This document shows positions 1 through 13,991 of a DNA stretch of 64,000 nucleotides, piece by piece. This DNA is from Takakia lepidozioides. Its lineage: Eukaryota; Plantae; Bryophyta. Positions within the stretch are counted from its first letter, which is position 1; the number at the start of each line of letters is the position of its first letter. Location: NCBI GenBank assembly GCA_030704615.1, contig CM060733.1, forward strand, positions 61,628,001 to 61,692,000, read 5' to 3'. Position numbers and translations under genes: made by a program. The notes below the pieces were generated by a model, which ran no database searches, was not told the origin of the DNA, and saw only the letters and a list, made by a program, of their open reading frames with translations.

Positions 1-259
1 AACCGATGCTTCAGGTATCACGTACCTTTGAAGAGCAAATACACTGTCTTGGACTAAAGCAAGTTTGTGGGCTCTGGGGTCATCTTCCGACTCTCGGCTC
101 TCGCCATTGTTGGGCAAATTTCAGATTTTGCTTTGGGGGTTTATTTCAGTTTTTGTTGCTGCTGATGCACCACTCGACATGCAAAGGACGTGACCTTGCA
201 TAGTGCAAAAACACACATGACCTTTCACAACTGCCCCTTCACACGCGACTTTCACCAGT

Positions 260-860
260 TGATCCCCGATCCCCCGATTCGAAACCTACCGTTTCCTCAT
301 CCCCTCACCCCGTGGTCCCCTCATCCCCTATCCCCGTCCAGCTCCCGACATTCCCTCCATGATCCCTTCGTCTCCCGGCCTGTTCCTCTGGTTCCCTGAT
401 CCCCTGGTCTCCCCGCCCGCTCCCCTATCCTCGTTCCCTGATCCCTTGATCTCCCCAACCATTCCCTGGTTTCCCTGATCCCTGTTCTCCCCACTAGTTC
501 CCCTAGTTCCCTGATCCCCTCATTTGCCTGGCCATTCCCCTGGTTCCCTGATCCCCTGATCTCTCCCGCTTGTTCCCCTGCTTCCCCGATCCCTAACCCC
601 TATACAATCCCTTGTCTTCTTCATCCCCTCATCCCCCCGACCGCCCTGAGCCTGAGCCCCCTGATCCCCCCCTGAACGCCTTCAGGCTCCCTTATCTCCC
701 TCATCCCCCGTTCCCCTGGCTAAGTCATCCCATGTGGCACCAACCCCCCCGGTTCCCTGATCCCTCTACCCCCTCGTTCAATGACCCCCTCATCCGCCAC
801 ATCCTTGGTTGTCTGATCCACCTCAAGGATCCCCTCACCCCTTCATCCCCTTCACAACAC
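260..860. repeat. Degenerate pyrimidine-rich tandem array (core TTCCCCTGGTTCCCTGATCCCC, ~40-bp period in 380-600)
   Basis: Recurrent CCTGATCCCC/GATCCC motifs are directly visible; the minus strand is G-run rich. Confidence 0.65.
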
Positions 861-3800
861 AGTGGACACCAAAGAAGGCACAAAGGGATTACAAAGAGGA
901 GGACAAGCTTCATTTTTTTTTTAGTGGGGAATGGAGATACAATAGCTACATCCGAGGCATGCACATGCAACAGTCTACGCTGTAAATCTGCATCATCCTA
1001 ATTATCCACTATCCATCCACAAAGAAAATCCTGCTTTGATACTGCATACTCACATGTAAACCAATTTGCTGTAAAAGTCCCCCCCCCATTTTTTTGTGAT
1101 TTTGGTCTCCAAGTATTTATGTATGAAAGTCATTACAAAGTAGCCACACTCCCAGCCGCTTGATTGTTGTGGCACCTCAGGTTCCAGCCACTCCCATGCC
1201 ATTATTTCATTCAACCATGTGATCCCCCCACCTCTGCACTTCTTCCATTATCTGCTCCCCCAGAAGTGCCTACCCTCGTCTCACCGCATGCTATCCCATC
1301 GGACTCATCTCCCTCCTCACATGAGTTTTCTTTTTGTGCTCCCCCCTCATCTGGTACTGCTTTAGTGTGTATCACTGCTCCCTCCTTTTCTGATCTCCCT
1401 TTAGCCCTGGCAGCCCCCACCTCTACTTCCGATTTTTTGTCTGCTCCCCCAGATCTGTCTTCTACGAAGCATGCATCCGTGTGTGACCCTGTTCCCCCCC
1501 TGTCTGCCCCTGACTTCCACTCTTCTTCCCCACATCTGTCTACTCTCTTGCATGCTACTGTGACTCCCTCTAGTCCCCCCCTCAGTGCTCCATCACCTGA
1601 GGTGTCATCCCCCAACGTTCTTCCCGATGTCATGCCTGTTCCCCTCCATGTATATGCTCTGTCACGGGCTGTTGTGTCTCTCTGTGGTCCTTTACTCTCT
1701 GCCCTTGTCCAATCACCTCCTTCAACTCATCCCAAGTTTGTGTGTACTTCCCACGTGGAGAGGGAGGATGTGCCAAGATTGGTGGATCCAACTACCAAGT
1801 CCAGGCGATTTGCAGCTGTTTCCATCCTCTGCCGCCGACACAGAGGTTGAGGTTATTTCAACGTTGGTGACCCCTGAACGCCAGTCATTGGCAGGGAACA
1901 CCGAATTGGCAACGGAGGGGTTTGTTCCGCCCATGTCAGTTTTCCCAGGTGCACCCCCGTATCATCCACAGGCCATCCCGTTGTTATCCGCACTCACAGA
2001 TAGTCTGGTCTCCCCCACAGCAGAGCGCTTACTCCAGCCCCTTGTACTGCTCCCATCGCTTCCACAGATCCTTGGAATTTGAATTGGGGGTCACCCTGGC
2101 TTCCAAATTCACCATGGGTCTGACAGTGCCTGCGCCTATGGTTTCTGCTCCAACCCCTGCACATGGGTTTGACCTCCGGCAACCATCATCTGGCCTAGTA
2201 GTAGATCGAACACGGCATATGATTGCTGCAAAAACTTCGGGATGCCAATTGAACCTGTAGGGCATGGAGCAGGGGGATCAGGAAGAAACAATGATAAGGG
2301 GAAGGAGAAGGGACACATGAAGGGCAAGGGGGAGCAGATCGGAGGGAGGGATCGGCAAGGGGAAGCAAAGACCCCTGAAGGATGAGGGGGAGGCCAAAGG
2401 CGTGCGCAAAAAATAAAGGGTGACGATGCGGGGGAGGGAGGAGAACCGTGCGAGCTGAGGGGAAAGTAAAGCTATCACAGAACAGGGAAGAACGGAAGGC
2501 GAAATCTGGCGGCCAGAAGTCACTAAGTAAGTGGGCCAGGGCTTCCAACGACCAAGGGGGGACCAAATTCATGGTGAGTACATTCACAGGGCTTATACGC
2601 ATGAGTAGGGGGATGATATGGTTGCTTGAAAACACCCTTAAACGTTAATTGCCTACTTGTGTGACTTCGTGAACTTGTGTTAAATGCATAAACCAAAATA
2701 GACTGAGGGAAAAGCTCCCAGAGGACAAGGGGCTGCCTTATTTTCTTCAAAGGCACTCCACAGGAGTCCATTCTGGTTCATGGATTATCTACGGTTGTCA
2801 AAATTGTATGGGGAAGCGGGGGATGGAGGGTGTTTTTGTTTTTGTATGCCAATATTTTGCAGCTATCCCTGGAGGAGAGTAATCGTTGCTAGTGGGTTGT
2901 GATGGACACACTGATATGGACGTCTTTGGAGGGATCAACCAAGGATGACCTTCACAGGATTTCCAAAGGGCTTGTAAATGATTGGGTAATTGAGAAGTGC
3001 CTAGGGAAGGATCCAAATAAGGTTCAGACATGGTTCATCCCCTTATGCTCTGGGTACATCCCTCAATCCTCCTATTTTGCAGCTTTGACCGACTTTGATT
3101 TGATTTGGAGAATGGAAATCATTAGTGGTGTCTGGCCTCAAACACATGTGCGTTCTGCAGGGGCCATTGGAGTTTGATGGTTTTTGATAAGTCAAGTTTG
3201 TTCATCTGAATTCCATGACATCATTCAGATCCCATAGCCGACTTGCCTTTGAAACGCGTCTTCGCACTTTTAGAGCATACCTACACAAAGCCGAACCGGA
3301 CTCAGTACCCCTGATCCCCCGATCCCCGACTGTAAAGTCTGCTCCCCCATTTATCTATTCCAATTCTGATCTTCACAATGACAGACTGTTGGAGAGGCAA
3401 AGCATGCACTTACTCAAAAGATGCACGTAGCGTCCCAAATCAATGTGCTCCCGCCTAAACAATAGATCCTCCCAGGCCCTGGCTACATGTCATATCCCTT
3501 TGGCATCGTTGCCCTTGCCACAAAACTTGGAAGTGGGCCGTTTTCGTTGCTTCAAATTCATGAAACGCTCGGGCACGCACCATGCAAAGAAATGCTCGGC
3601 AGGAGTCGATGATCTGCTTTTTGTCCTGCATTGTACCATATCTAAGCTGACCCTCTACCAGGAGCACTTCTTTCAACATACTCTCCTGATTCTGAAAATT
3701 CCCAAACGTCCGCCAACCTCCATGCAAGAAGAGTCCAAATCCATGGTAGGGCAGTTTGTGAGCAGTGCGGTACAAAAAGCATCATGATATGACGGGGCAG

Positions 3801-5305
3801 ATGCCGTGTCTTAAATCGGCCAAAGGATACAAGTGTGAAACAGGGGTCGAGGGTCCATGGTAGAAAAAACTGGAGGGGAACAGGGACGGAGGCAGTCGGG
3901 CTGGACATTGACGTTTCAGCCAGGCGGTGACAATGGCATTAGGATTCTCGGCAGTTCTTAGGAGAGGGAATTCAGGAGCAGACGTCGAACGTCCTGCTCC
4001 TCCAGCAATAGTTCAACAATATCAAACTGGAGATCTAGAGATGAGGGGGAGCAGAAGAGGGGGGAACAAAACAAGGGGGACGGACCAGATATGGGGCGAG
4101 CAGACCTGTTTGCAGCAAAGGGGGGGGGGGGGGAGGGGTAGACGATGAAGGGGGAGCAGAGAGAGACAGGCAGATGGGGGAACAAATTTCAAGGACATGA
4201 AGGGTGTTACGAAAGGAGTACTCTTCTTTCCCAAAAGGTAGCTCTGAAAATCTTCCAACTCCAGCCCAATGGATAGAGCATTTGCAGGTGCTCCATGCCC
4301 GCACTGATTTCCGCACAGCCTCAATTTCTCCCGTGGAAGCATTGATTTGCAGGCAAAAATGCAACACAGAATCAACATTTACAAACCGGGGCCAATCCTG
4401 GGAAACTATTGGGGGGAGCAGATGGCCATAAACTCAAAAGGAGATTGGGGGGTGAAGCAAACCTGTTCTTGTAGAAGCCATCTTCTCCAGCGGCGTTCAG
4501 CCCTCTCACTCGCATTGCAAACCTCCACTCCATGCGAAATTCACAAATGCATACCAGAATCTTCATCATTATGGTCAGCAAAATTGGAAGGGAGAAGTCC
4601 ATGTTGCATGAGTATAAATGTTCCAGGAGGAGTGATCGGGTGCGGTGTGTCGTGGTCGATGTCCATAGCCCCATCCCCTGCAAGAGGCCCCAAGCTCCCA
4701 AGGTGCTCCCCCTCGTCCTGATGAGTAGTCTGCTCCCCCACATCTGCGTGTCTTCGCTGTTTTCCGGACTGGCCCCCCTGACTTTGAGACGGATCCCCCC
4801 TATGTCCGATCCCCCCCATTTCTGCTGCTGGCTGCTCACGGCTGTAGGATACTTTTTCTTGGCTTTCTCCTCCAAGTGACAGCGAGTTCAGGCCGCACTT
4901 TGGCTTGTCTCTCACGGGCGGAGAGGTTAAGTAGTAACAATCTTAACCTTTTTTCCCCTTTCTTGGTTGGTTGTGCTCAAAATCGGTGTCGCACCCACTA
5001 CGGCTACTCTTCTTGTGAGGGGCAACCACTTGTGACGTTGCAGGCCCATCAGGCTTCCGTTTTCTTGCTCCTTTGGGCTGCTGCTGTGCCGATCAGTAGG
5101 GGACACGTCATCTCCTGGTACGCGCCGCGCTTCGGGGTTTGTACACCCTCTCAACCTCTCCACAAAATGAGTAACCTGCTCGGGAACTCGGTAGCGGGCC
5201 AGGGTTTTAGTGGCAACTCAACCTCGTCCCAACCATCGACCATGTTCAACCAAGGACAACACCTCCCCCATCAATGACATGCCTATTCACCTAACCTTAT
5301 CCTTC

Positions 5306-6263
5306 ATGGGCCGCACACAAAACTTGCACTTATAGGGATTCTTTGTTTCGCACCATCACGAACTCTGAGGTCCGCCTCTGCCTCCACTATCATCTCCTCC
5401 CACTCAGTTGGAGTATACCAGAAAGGAACCTTGTCCCCTTTCTAGGCTTGTGCCAAAAAACCAGCATACCTCATCAGGGGGAAACAACCTTAGGCCTAGT
5501 CTTCGCCATCGGCAATGAGCACACGACGCCAAATACAGAAAAGAAAAAGCAAGGAACAGAAGCTAGAGAAACAAGGAAAGAGCACACGGATTGCAACGAA
5601 TGAAAGGAAAACACAAAGCATAGACAAAAAAGAGGATATGAGTAGAGCAGCTGAAATACCACAACGAAGAGCCGCCACCGAAGAGTCGCTTTGCGAGGGA
5701 GACATTCCGCACGTGCAGGGTACCTAGGGGAGCGGGCACGTGGGCACGGGGGGGAGCAGGGGATCAGTCGATGGACACGTGGCGACAGCACCAAAGTGGG
5801 GATCACTGATGTCGACATGTGGGGAGATCTGGGCGGTCATAAGGGGAAGCAGGCATGGAGAGATGTGAGAAGGGGGAGCGAACCCCTAGCCACTCCCAGA
5901 ACATGGGGATCAAAGTAGGGGGCCAGACACGTGGGGGGATGTTAGTAGAGGGGAGCTGACATGTGCGGAGAGTACTGGATATGACATGCATGGCGATTCT
6001 GTGGTCAGGGAGGAGACACGTGGGCAACAAAGACAGGGGGAGCGGCGGGGGGCAGATAGTGGGGGAGCAAAAACTCGGGAGGGATTGGATATTTGGGGTT
6101 TTGCAAGTGACAGATTGAGGGAGGGAGACAACTCATGAGAGGAAGGGGACCAAAACTGCAGGGGCAGGGAACATGAGAAGAGACCGTTGTGTAGGACAAG
6201 TAAAACACCATGCTAGGTCAAAAAAGAAATCCCTATAAGTGCATGCATTATGAACTGGCCCGT
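5306..6263. mobile_element. Putative non-autonomous TIR DNA element (~0.95 kb)
   Basis: Perfect 16-bp inverted repeat TGCACTTATAGGGATT (5325-5340) / AATCCCTATAAGTGCA (6228-6243), extending imperfectly to GGGCC...GGCCC ends. Interior has several CACGTG motifs. No clear TSD. Confidence 0.4.
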
Positions 6264-6269
6264 ATACAA

Positions 6270-7305
6270 CCATCTTGGACTCTCCAACCTCCATCAATCC
6301 TATTCAGCTCATCCTGATGCACTTAAGCAAGAGACAGACAACCGTATCTGAATCTACTGAAATGCCTCCTACATTTGGCATACTTGTCCACGAGGGTATT
6401 GTTCAGAATGATATCTGGTACAATTCCAGCTTTTGCGATGCAACCATACACCTCTTTGCCCGTTTCTAGGGCTGACAGGCTTGCAAATGCACACAAACGT
6501 GATGTGGTTGGGCTTCACCCCTTCCTCCATCATTTGATCATAGGTCTCCAAAGCCACCATCCGTCCCTGTTATGCATACCCTGCAAGCATCGGGTGCCAC
6601 GACACCACATCTTGTTCAGCCATAGTGTTGGAAACTCCCTTCGCAGCCTTGGCGTCAATCCACTTTGGATAATGTGATGTGTGCACCTGCTTCCAGCTTC
6701 CAGACCTTTCATCATGATGACACTTAAGCAAGAGACAGACAACCGTATCTGAATCCGCTGAAATGCCTCCTACATTTGGCATACTTGTCCACGAGGGTAT
6801 TGTTCAAAATGACATCTAGTACAATTCCAGCTTTCGTGATGCAAAAGCACCTCTTTGCCATGATTATAGGGCTGCCAGGCTTGCAATGCACACCAAAGTG
6901 ATGTGGTTGGGCTTCACCCCTTCCCCCATCATTTGTCATAGGTCTCCAAAAGCCACCATCCCATGTCCCCTGTTGGGCATACCCTGCCAGCCATCATGTG
7001 CCACGCACCACATCTTGTTCAGCATAGTGTTGAAAACACTCCCTTCGCATCTCAATGCACCCACATTTGGCATACATGTCAGCAAGGCAGTGTTCAGAAT
7101 GACATCTGGTACAATTCCACTTTGACGATGTTCACCATGGGCCCTTTCCCCTAGTTTGCAGAGCTCCAGGCTTGCACATGCATTGCCAAACACAAAAATG
7201 TGATGTGGTTGGCTTCACCCCTTATGCAACATTTGCACATAGGTCTCCAAAGCATTCCTACACCACCCATGCGTGTAAATCCTGCCAACAATTATATTCC
7301 ACGTG
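6270..7305 (-). pseudogene. Fragmented PLS-class pentatricopeptide repeat (PPR) gene
   Basis: Several frameshifted motifs such as AGIVPDVILNNTLVDKYAKC, MAEQDVVSW and ALETYDQMMEEGVKPNHITFVCICK, repeated about 3-4 times. Confidence 0.85.
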
Positions 7306-9617
7306 ATCAAGATTGATCGTTGAGGATTCGGCGGCGCATCCCCGCGAGCGTACGCTAACCGCCTGATGATACCCCCTCCGTCGGGGACGGACCCCCTCCA
7401 CATGACGGTTGAGCCCTGCACCTTCCAATCGCGGGGACTGACCCCCCTCCCCAACACAACCCCGCTACGTGTTCCCCACGCACCACAGCCGAAAAACCCC
7501 CATGCAAACCTCACACCGACAAAAACATGGCCACGCCACGAACAGCGTCCCCTCAAAAAAAAAGAAAAACATCATCCATCCCCCACCCCCCCCCCCGCCC
7601 CCCCAAACACCCCCCAACCCCCCCCCCCCCACAAAACACAACCACCCCAACCCAAAACCCCCCCCCCCACACCCGAACAACACCACCAACAACCGCAACT
7701 CAGCAAAACGCCGCGAAACAACAAAAATACCCCCTCAACAAACCCCCCCCCCCGCACACCCCCCACCCACCCCCCCCCCCCCCATCGTCGCGCCGATCCC
7801 CCTCAACCGCATGCCGGCACCCAAGTCGAGTCCGTCCGACACCTCGCTCCCCAAGGACTCATCCCCTTGCCCTCTTCAACGTGATGTGGCCGTCCCCCCC
7901 GCCGTCCGATAGTTTTCGCGATGGTCCACTGCGTGGCGCTCCCACGGTCGTCCATCCCCCTCCCTGGTCTTGTCACCGATCTCCTGCTTTGATCCCTCTT
8001 CGAAGGATCCCCCAATCCCTTCCATTTCCAACGGTGGGTATCGCACCACGTGGACCTGCATTTGTTGTTCACTTCGTCGTGGAGGTAGGGTTCTCCATCT
8101 GGATTGAGCGAGGGTTTCCAGATGTCGTGCTTGTTCGTGCTCCTGCTTCGATGGGCTTGGATGACCTGCCAGGGCCTCAATCGTGTGCGCTCTACGGCGT
8201 TTTGTGATTCTCTTGCGACTCACGTCTTGCATACAATGCGTACAGGGGGTTTTTCTTCTTTTCTTCTTCTCTTCTCTTCTTTTCTTTTGTTGTTCTTTCT
8301 TGTTTGCCTCTTTCTTAATGTTTGTTGTTTGTTGTTTTGAAAGCTGACAGGATTGGCGTAGGCTGCACCAAATCCCATTTGCAGGGGGATGAGGATCTGT
8401 AACCTTAGTACCTTTCGCATATTAAACTTCAGCCTCAACTTCATGTTTGTTTTTTCATACTACTTACCTTGCTAGATTCAAATGTGAACATCTGTGTGGA
8501 GGTATAGGGGGCTGATACCCCATGGCTTTCCTAGACCTCTGCAAACGCCATTAAAGGTGTTAGTAAAATCATAGTAAGAAAACTGGAAATGGCAGGGGAG
8601 AGAGAGAAGAGAGTGTGTACAGAAAACACTAAGTACACTGGTCAAGAATAGAGAGGGAAGACTACTATCTCTTGTCGGGACATGGACAAGACCAAACAAG
8701 ATCTTTGTCAAATTAACGACAAATCAGCCTCATAACAAGGCACTATCTAACTTCACCTTCCATAGGCAGTATCTTACCTGATAAAAACTCATGTCATCTT
8801 CCTGAAAACAGTTGAGAAGCAAAAACATTGGCATGAATCCACTTTGGATAATGTGAGTGTGCACCTGCTTTCCAGCTTCCAGACCTTGTCAAGATGTCGA
8901 ACCTGGGAGCACTTGAAAAGGGGAAAGAGGTCCATGGTGACATCGTCAGAGCTGGAATTGTACAAGATGTTCATTCTGAAACCACTGCCCCTGGTGGACA
9001 TGTATGCCAAATGTTGGGGCATTGAGGATTGCGGTGGGAGTCTTCAACACTATGGCTGAACAAGATGTGGTGTCGTGGCACGCGGATTCTGCTTGCAGGG
9101 TATGCACGGCAGGGACGTGGAAACGCAAAGGGAGTATTTGACAATATGGCTGAACGAAATGTAGTGTCATGGAATGCGATGATCGCAGGATATGCCCAGC
9201 ATGGTTGTCATACGGAGGTCCTGCAACTATTTGAAGGAATGGAAAAGAACGGCTTGAAGCTGGACAGTATCACCTTTATATGTGTTCTCTCTGCATGTCG
9301 CCACACTGGCCTACTCAATGAAGGAAGATGCTATTTCGATTCCCGAGTCAGATCATTGGTGTCACTCCGACAGTAAAGCACTTTGGCTGTGGGTGGACCT
9401 TTTGGACGTGCGGGACAACTGGATGAGGCAGTGGACTGATTAATAAAATGCCAATAAAATCCGGATGGTGTGTGTGTGGGAAGGCCTTGCTTGGTGCCTG
9501 CAGAATCCATGGAAATTGGAGACGGATGAACGGTAGGCACATCTATCCTCAAGTGGGACATGAACAGGATGTCTTATGTGTTACTATCAAGGAGCAAAGT
9601 CGCTGCTGCATTGAGGT

Positions 9618-11443
9618 GAGGGCAACAAAGACGTGAGCAGAACCCGTGAGCAGATTCCCTTATCCGTGAGCAGATTTCCCCAAGCGATGGAGATTGTAAG
9701 CGTGGCACGGACCTAAAGCGAGGGGCGAGGGAACAAGTGGGCCTATTGCCGTGGACACAAACTCCACTACAACGGCGCAATCTTCTCTCCATCGGACCGA
9801 TGACAGACAGACTCATGACGACAAGGTGGCACGAATGTGCGATGAAAAACACTGCGAATGAATGTATCTATGATGAACGTAAAAGGGAATGAATGAACAT
9901 TGGATGAATGTTGGATGAGTGTCAGATGAAAAATGCCCAGATGAGTGAACCATGGATGACTGCAACAACATGTGCGAAGGGATCCATGTGTTGTTGAGTT
10001 TAAATAAGTGTATTTTAATTTGGCGGAAGCTTAAATATCCGGCCCAGAAGACCAGCCAGATTAAGCTGGCATCAAGCCCACCTTCATCTGGCACATTCAG
10101 AGGGGAAAAAAACAAAAAATATTAAAAATATATTTTTGTTTTTTTGTTTTTTGGAAAAAACTGCAAATGAACCCAACCCCTGCTTTGCAAGCCAAAAGAC
10201 CTGGCGTTACCCGCATGGATTTCTGGTCACGAAGGACATGACAATGAATCATAAGCCAAGCAAGTTGTAGATGTCATTCACCCCCAATAGCACACCAGAA
10301 GACCAGCCAGATAAGGTATCGTCAACGACACCTTAATCTGGCACATTCGGGGAAAAATAAAATATTATTATTATTATTATTATTATTATTAGAAAACTTG
10401 CAAATGAACCCAGCCCTTGCTTTGCAACAAAAGACCTGGCGTGTACCCAACATGGATTTTTGGTCACCTGGAAGAAAGACATAACAACGAATCATAACCG
10501 AGTAATTTGTAGATGCCATTCACCCACAATAGCACACCAAAAGACCAGCCAGATAAGGTGTCAGACTTAATCTGGCACATTCGGGAAAAAATAAAATAAA
10601 ATAAAAATTGGAAAACTTTGCAAATGAACCCAACCCCTGCTTTGCAAGTAAAAGACCTAGGCATTTACCCAACATGGATTTCTGGTCACATGGAAGAATG
10701 ACATGCCAACGAATCATAAATTATGTGGTCCGAGCAATTTGTACCATTCACCCAAATAACACATCAGAAGACTAGCCAGATTAAGGTAGATTAATCTGGC
10801 ACATTCTGGGATATATAAAATAAAAATAAAAATTGAAAAACTTGCAAATGAACCCAACCCCTGCTTTGCAAGCAAAAAAACACTGGCGTTACCCAGCAGG
10901 GATTTTTGATCACATGGAAGAAGGACATGACAACAAAGCTCTGCAAAAATCCTCTCCTTCGTTTTGGACTCCGACTCCAGTAGCAGTGGATTTCTTCGTC
11001 GGAAATGAATCAGCTGTTTTCAAACGATTTATATTAAGCACCAAAATGGCCTCTCACCTTCTTTGCAATTGTGTGTCAGCATCTCTCTCGACTTAGGATA
11101 CCTGATGAAAGGACAACCACAACCCTCTGCAGTTGACAGAGGTTCACTCTGGAGCTCGAGGGATTTGACAACCACTACTCAAAAATGCTTTTTAATTTTG
11201 CATTCAATCACAAACTACATTCATCCATGTGCCATTCGTCCAACATACATTCATCGCCCATTCAATCCATCATTAATCCGTCATTCATCCATACGATGAA
11301 TTGGTATGCATGTTATACTGACACTACCCGCAGTAATAGGTCCATCTAAGCCGAATAGGTGTCCGCGGTTATCGGTGAGCACATCCATAAGCGTGAGCAG
11401 AATTTTGCTCACGAAATTTTCTGCTCACGGTTTAGCAATCCCC
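9618..11443. mobile_element. Non-autonomous Mutator-like element (MULE)
   Basis: 9-bp TSD CATTGAGGT at 9609-9617 and 11444-11452. G-initiated imperfect TIRs contain repeated CGTGAGCAG (left) and CTGCTCACG (right). Confidence 0.8.
10046..10935. repeat. ~240-bp tandem repeat, about 4 copies, inside the MULE; includes an (ATT)n tract
   Basis: The unit AGAAGACCAGCCAGAT...ATCTGGCACATTC...TGCAAATGAACCCAACCCCTGCTTTGCAAG...GGTCAC recurs at about 10046, 10297, 10538 and 10766. Confidence 0.85.
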
Positions 11444-12734
11444 CATTGAGGTTGGCAACAGGGTGCACACCTTTGTCGTAGATGACAAGTTGCATCCCAG
11501 AATTAAGGAAATCCATGCTAAGCTGAGAAGATTGTCTGGGCAGATGAAGGAGGCAGGGTATGTGCCTGACACGCGCTTTATATTGCATGATGTGGGGGAG
11601 GAGGAGAATGAATTTTCTCTTTTGCCACCACAGTGAGAAGCGGGTCATTGGTTTTTGGGCTGATCAGCACAAACCCTAGGACACCTCTCTGTCTCATCAA
11701 GAATCTTCGAGTATGTGGTGACTGCCAGACCTCCACCAAATTCATCTGAAAGATTGTTGGCCATCATGTACCGTTGAGTGCATTTCCTGGGGGGTCTACC
11801 CGACATAGGTGGGAAGTCAGCCCATAATTGCACTTGACTGAAGGGGTGATTTTTTACTGATTCTGGTGACAGTGGATGGAAATCAGAGTGTTGTCCTGAT
11901 TCTTACAAAGATTATATGGAAAATAGTTGTTAGGACGCCAGGTTTTTTCAAAAAGATGGAATGGACCCTTTAAAGAGCGCAGCAAGACAATACCGCCTAC
12001 TACCATAAAGATATCAATTTAGATTAGAACACACAGGAAATTGCAAAAGGCTGTGGCAATGCATATAACAAACATATCCGAAATATACAAAAATGACAAT
12101 CATACATACCTTTCTGTGGTTTCCAGAATTCTTCCAATGTGAGCCTAATCTCTTTGTATGGTGGTTTCCTAAGGATAATCCAAATTTTGTGAAAAAGATT
12201 TAACCGCCGGCGCCCAGTCAGGATATTATTATTATTATTGACTTTATTGAGATTTGAAAAATTGTTGGGATGCTGGCAACTTGATCCTCGCTTTTAACAA
12301 AATATAAATAAATAAATAAAATTAAAAAAGGACCCCCGTTCCCCTTCAAGTTTTGCTAAAAAAAACAAAAAAAAAAAACTTCACTATCAAGGGGCTGATT
12401 TGATGATTGCTTTGAGCTCTTAACCCCACCAAAAAAATTAAAAAATTAACAAAAAAATAATTAAAAAATAAATTTTTTGTCATAAAAGTCACATTGAACA
12501 CATCATTGGGCACCTATGGTAGTAAATATGTCTTCAATTCTCTCTATTTCGTCACAATCCATTTGGTTTCTGTTTTACAACATAGAGAACATAAGGTCCA
12601 TGGAAACATGATGCGTAGTCTCTCTCATAAACCTTGAGCATGGCCCATCCGTCCGGACGTCCTTCTCAGAAGTCGTCACTAGTAGTGCGGAGCAACGCAA
12701 AGCCCTAGTGATGGTTGTATACCGTCCCTGGAGA

Positions 12735-13005
12735 AGACAACCAGCATGTAGCCTAGTGGGCACACATACCACGTTGGATATGGTTGTGGTTCAAAACCAC
12801 GGTCTAGTGTGTCATGAAAGTGTCCACTGTCCACCTTTCAGCTGGAAGGCATCATAATGAGAAACGGTTGTCCAGGGATATATATATATATACGCTTCCC
12901 GAAGGGAGCGTAACTTATGGTGTCACTTCACCACAAGGGCTACTGCCTTCCAGTTGAAAGGTGGACATCTTCATGACACACCAGACCGTGCTACATGCTG
13001 GTTGT
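12735..13005. repeat. Foldback/inverted-repeat relic with a central (TA)n; its right arm also pairs inverted with 24030-24113
   Basis: CACGGTCTAGTGTGTCATGAA...TGTCCACCTTTCAGCTGGAAGGCA is inverted to GCCTTCCAGTTGAAAGGTGGACATCTTCATGACACACCAGACCGTG. 12901-12975 resembles the reverse complement of 24035-24113. Confidence 0.5.
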
Positions 13006-13653
13006 AAAGGGAGCGTAAATTATGGTGACACACTTGGAGACGTGTGTCTCCTATGAGAAACGTGCCTAAGCAGTCTGTTTGGTTTTTAATAATTATTAGG
13101 CGAAAAAAACGGTAGTGTCATTCAAGATGAAGTGGACATGGTGCGTTCGTCTACTTCTATTTTATCCTCTTGACTTCCACCAGTTTGTTTCTATATATGT
13201 TGGTTAACCCTAAGCGCCCGGAGGGCAAGTTTGACTTTTTGCAAAAATGTGACCCCTGCGCGCAGAAAAATCCTTATAAATTGTTGAAAACTTTGAATTT
13301 TAAAATTTTGACCGCACATTACCTACTACAAGCACCTGTCAATTTTGGGGCCAATCAGATCTAAATCCACAAAACGTCACCGTTGAATGTGGGGCCCTTT
13401 TTTGGCCTCACTCACCAAAATTACCTTTTGTTTTTAACGTCAGTGAAAAATTGGCTCACGGGATGAACCCCAAATGGCTTGAATCTGTGAGGTGTTCATC
13501 TTGGTGGGTCCTTCCATCCAACCCAAAAAGAAAATTGGAAATTGGACAAAATTTGGGATGTTGACACTTGGTCAAACACTTGGTGGGTGAATTTGTAAAA
13601 TTGGGTTTAACAGTCGCCGACTCCCTGCTGCTTCGACCAACCAATCTTGCCCT

Positions 13654-13991
13654 TGTCATGGTTTTAGTCATGGTTATCTATAATTACCTACTTCTAGTTA
13701 ACTAGGACATTTTAGATATTTATATTTATATTTTGTGTGTTGGGACTTCATTTGGTCTCACATGCCAAGTGAGGTGTCGAACCTCACTTGGGACATGGGG
13801 CTAGGCTCATCTTCTTGTAGTTGAGCCTCCATGAGCCTCTCTCACCTCTATAGCTTTAGGTATTGAGAGGGAGTGTGGTGAGGGCTTTGTAGGGTGGATT
13901 CCCTTAGCAAGGGTGCCTTTGGCTTGACTTAGTTTATGTGATTGAGTGGTTCATGAGTGGTGTGTTCCTATTATGTTCACTTTCATTTCAT
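13654..13991 (+). repeat. Terminal direct repeat A (5' copy)
   Basis: Near-identical to 23386-23750 apart from a ~25-bp indel and scattered substitutions. Confidence 0.9.

Larger units (their letters stand above)
8890..11790 (+). pseudogene. PLS-E-DYW PPR RNA-editing factor pseudogene, split by a MULE insertion
   Basis: Motifs AERNVVSWNAMIAGYAQHG, DSITFICVLSACRHTGLLNEGRCYFDS and KALLGACRIHGN lie before 9617. The reading resumes after 11443 as EVGNRVHTFVVDD, GYVPDTRF, HSEK and KNLRVCGDC (DYW motifs). Many frameshifts. Confidence 0.85.

Noticed and set aside
7366-8232. Long Pro-rich ORFs in a poly-C/CA stretch
   Set aside because: Low-complexity sequence, probably poor consensus quality; no recognisable domain.
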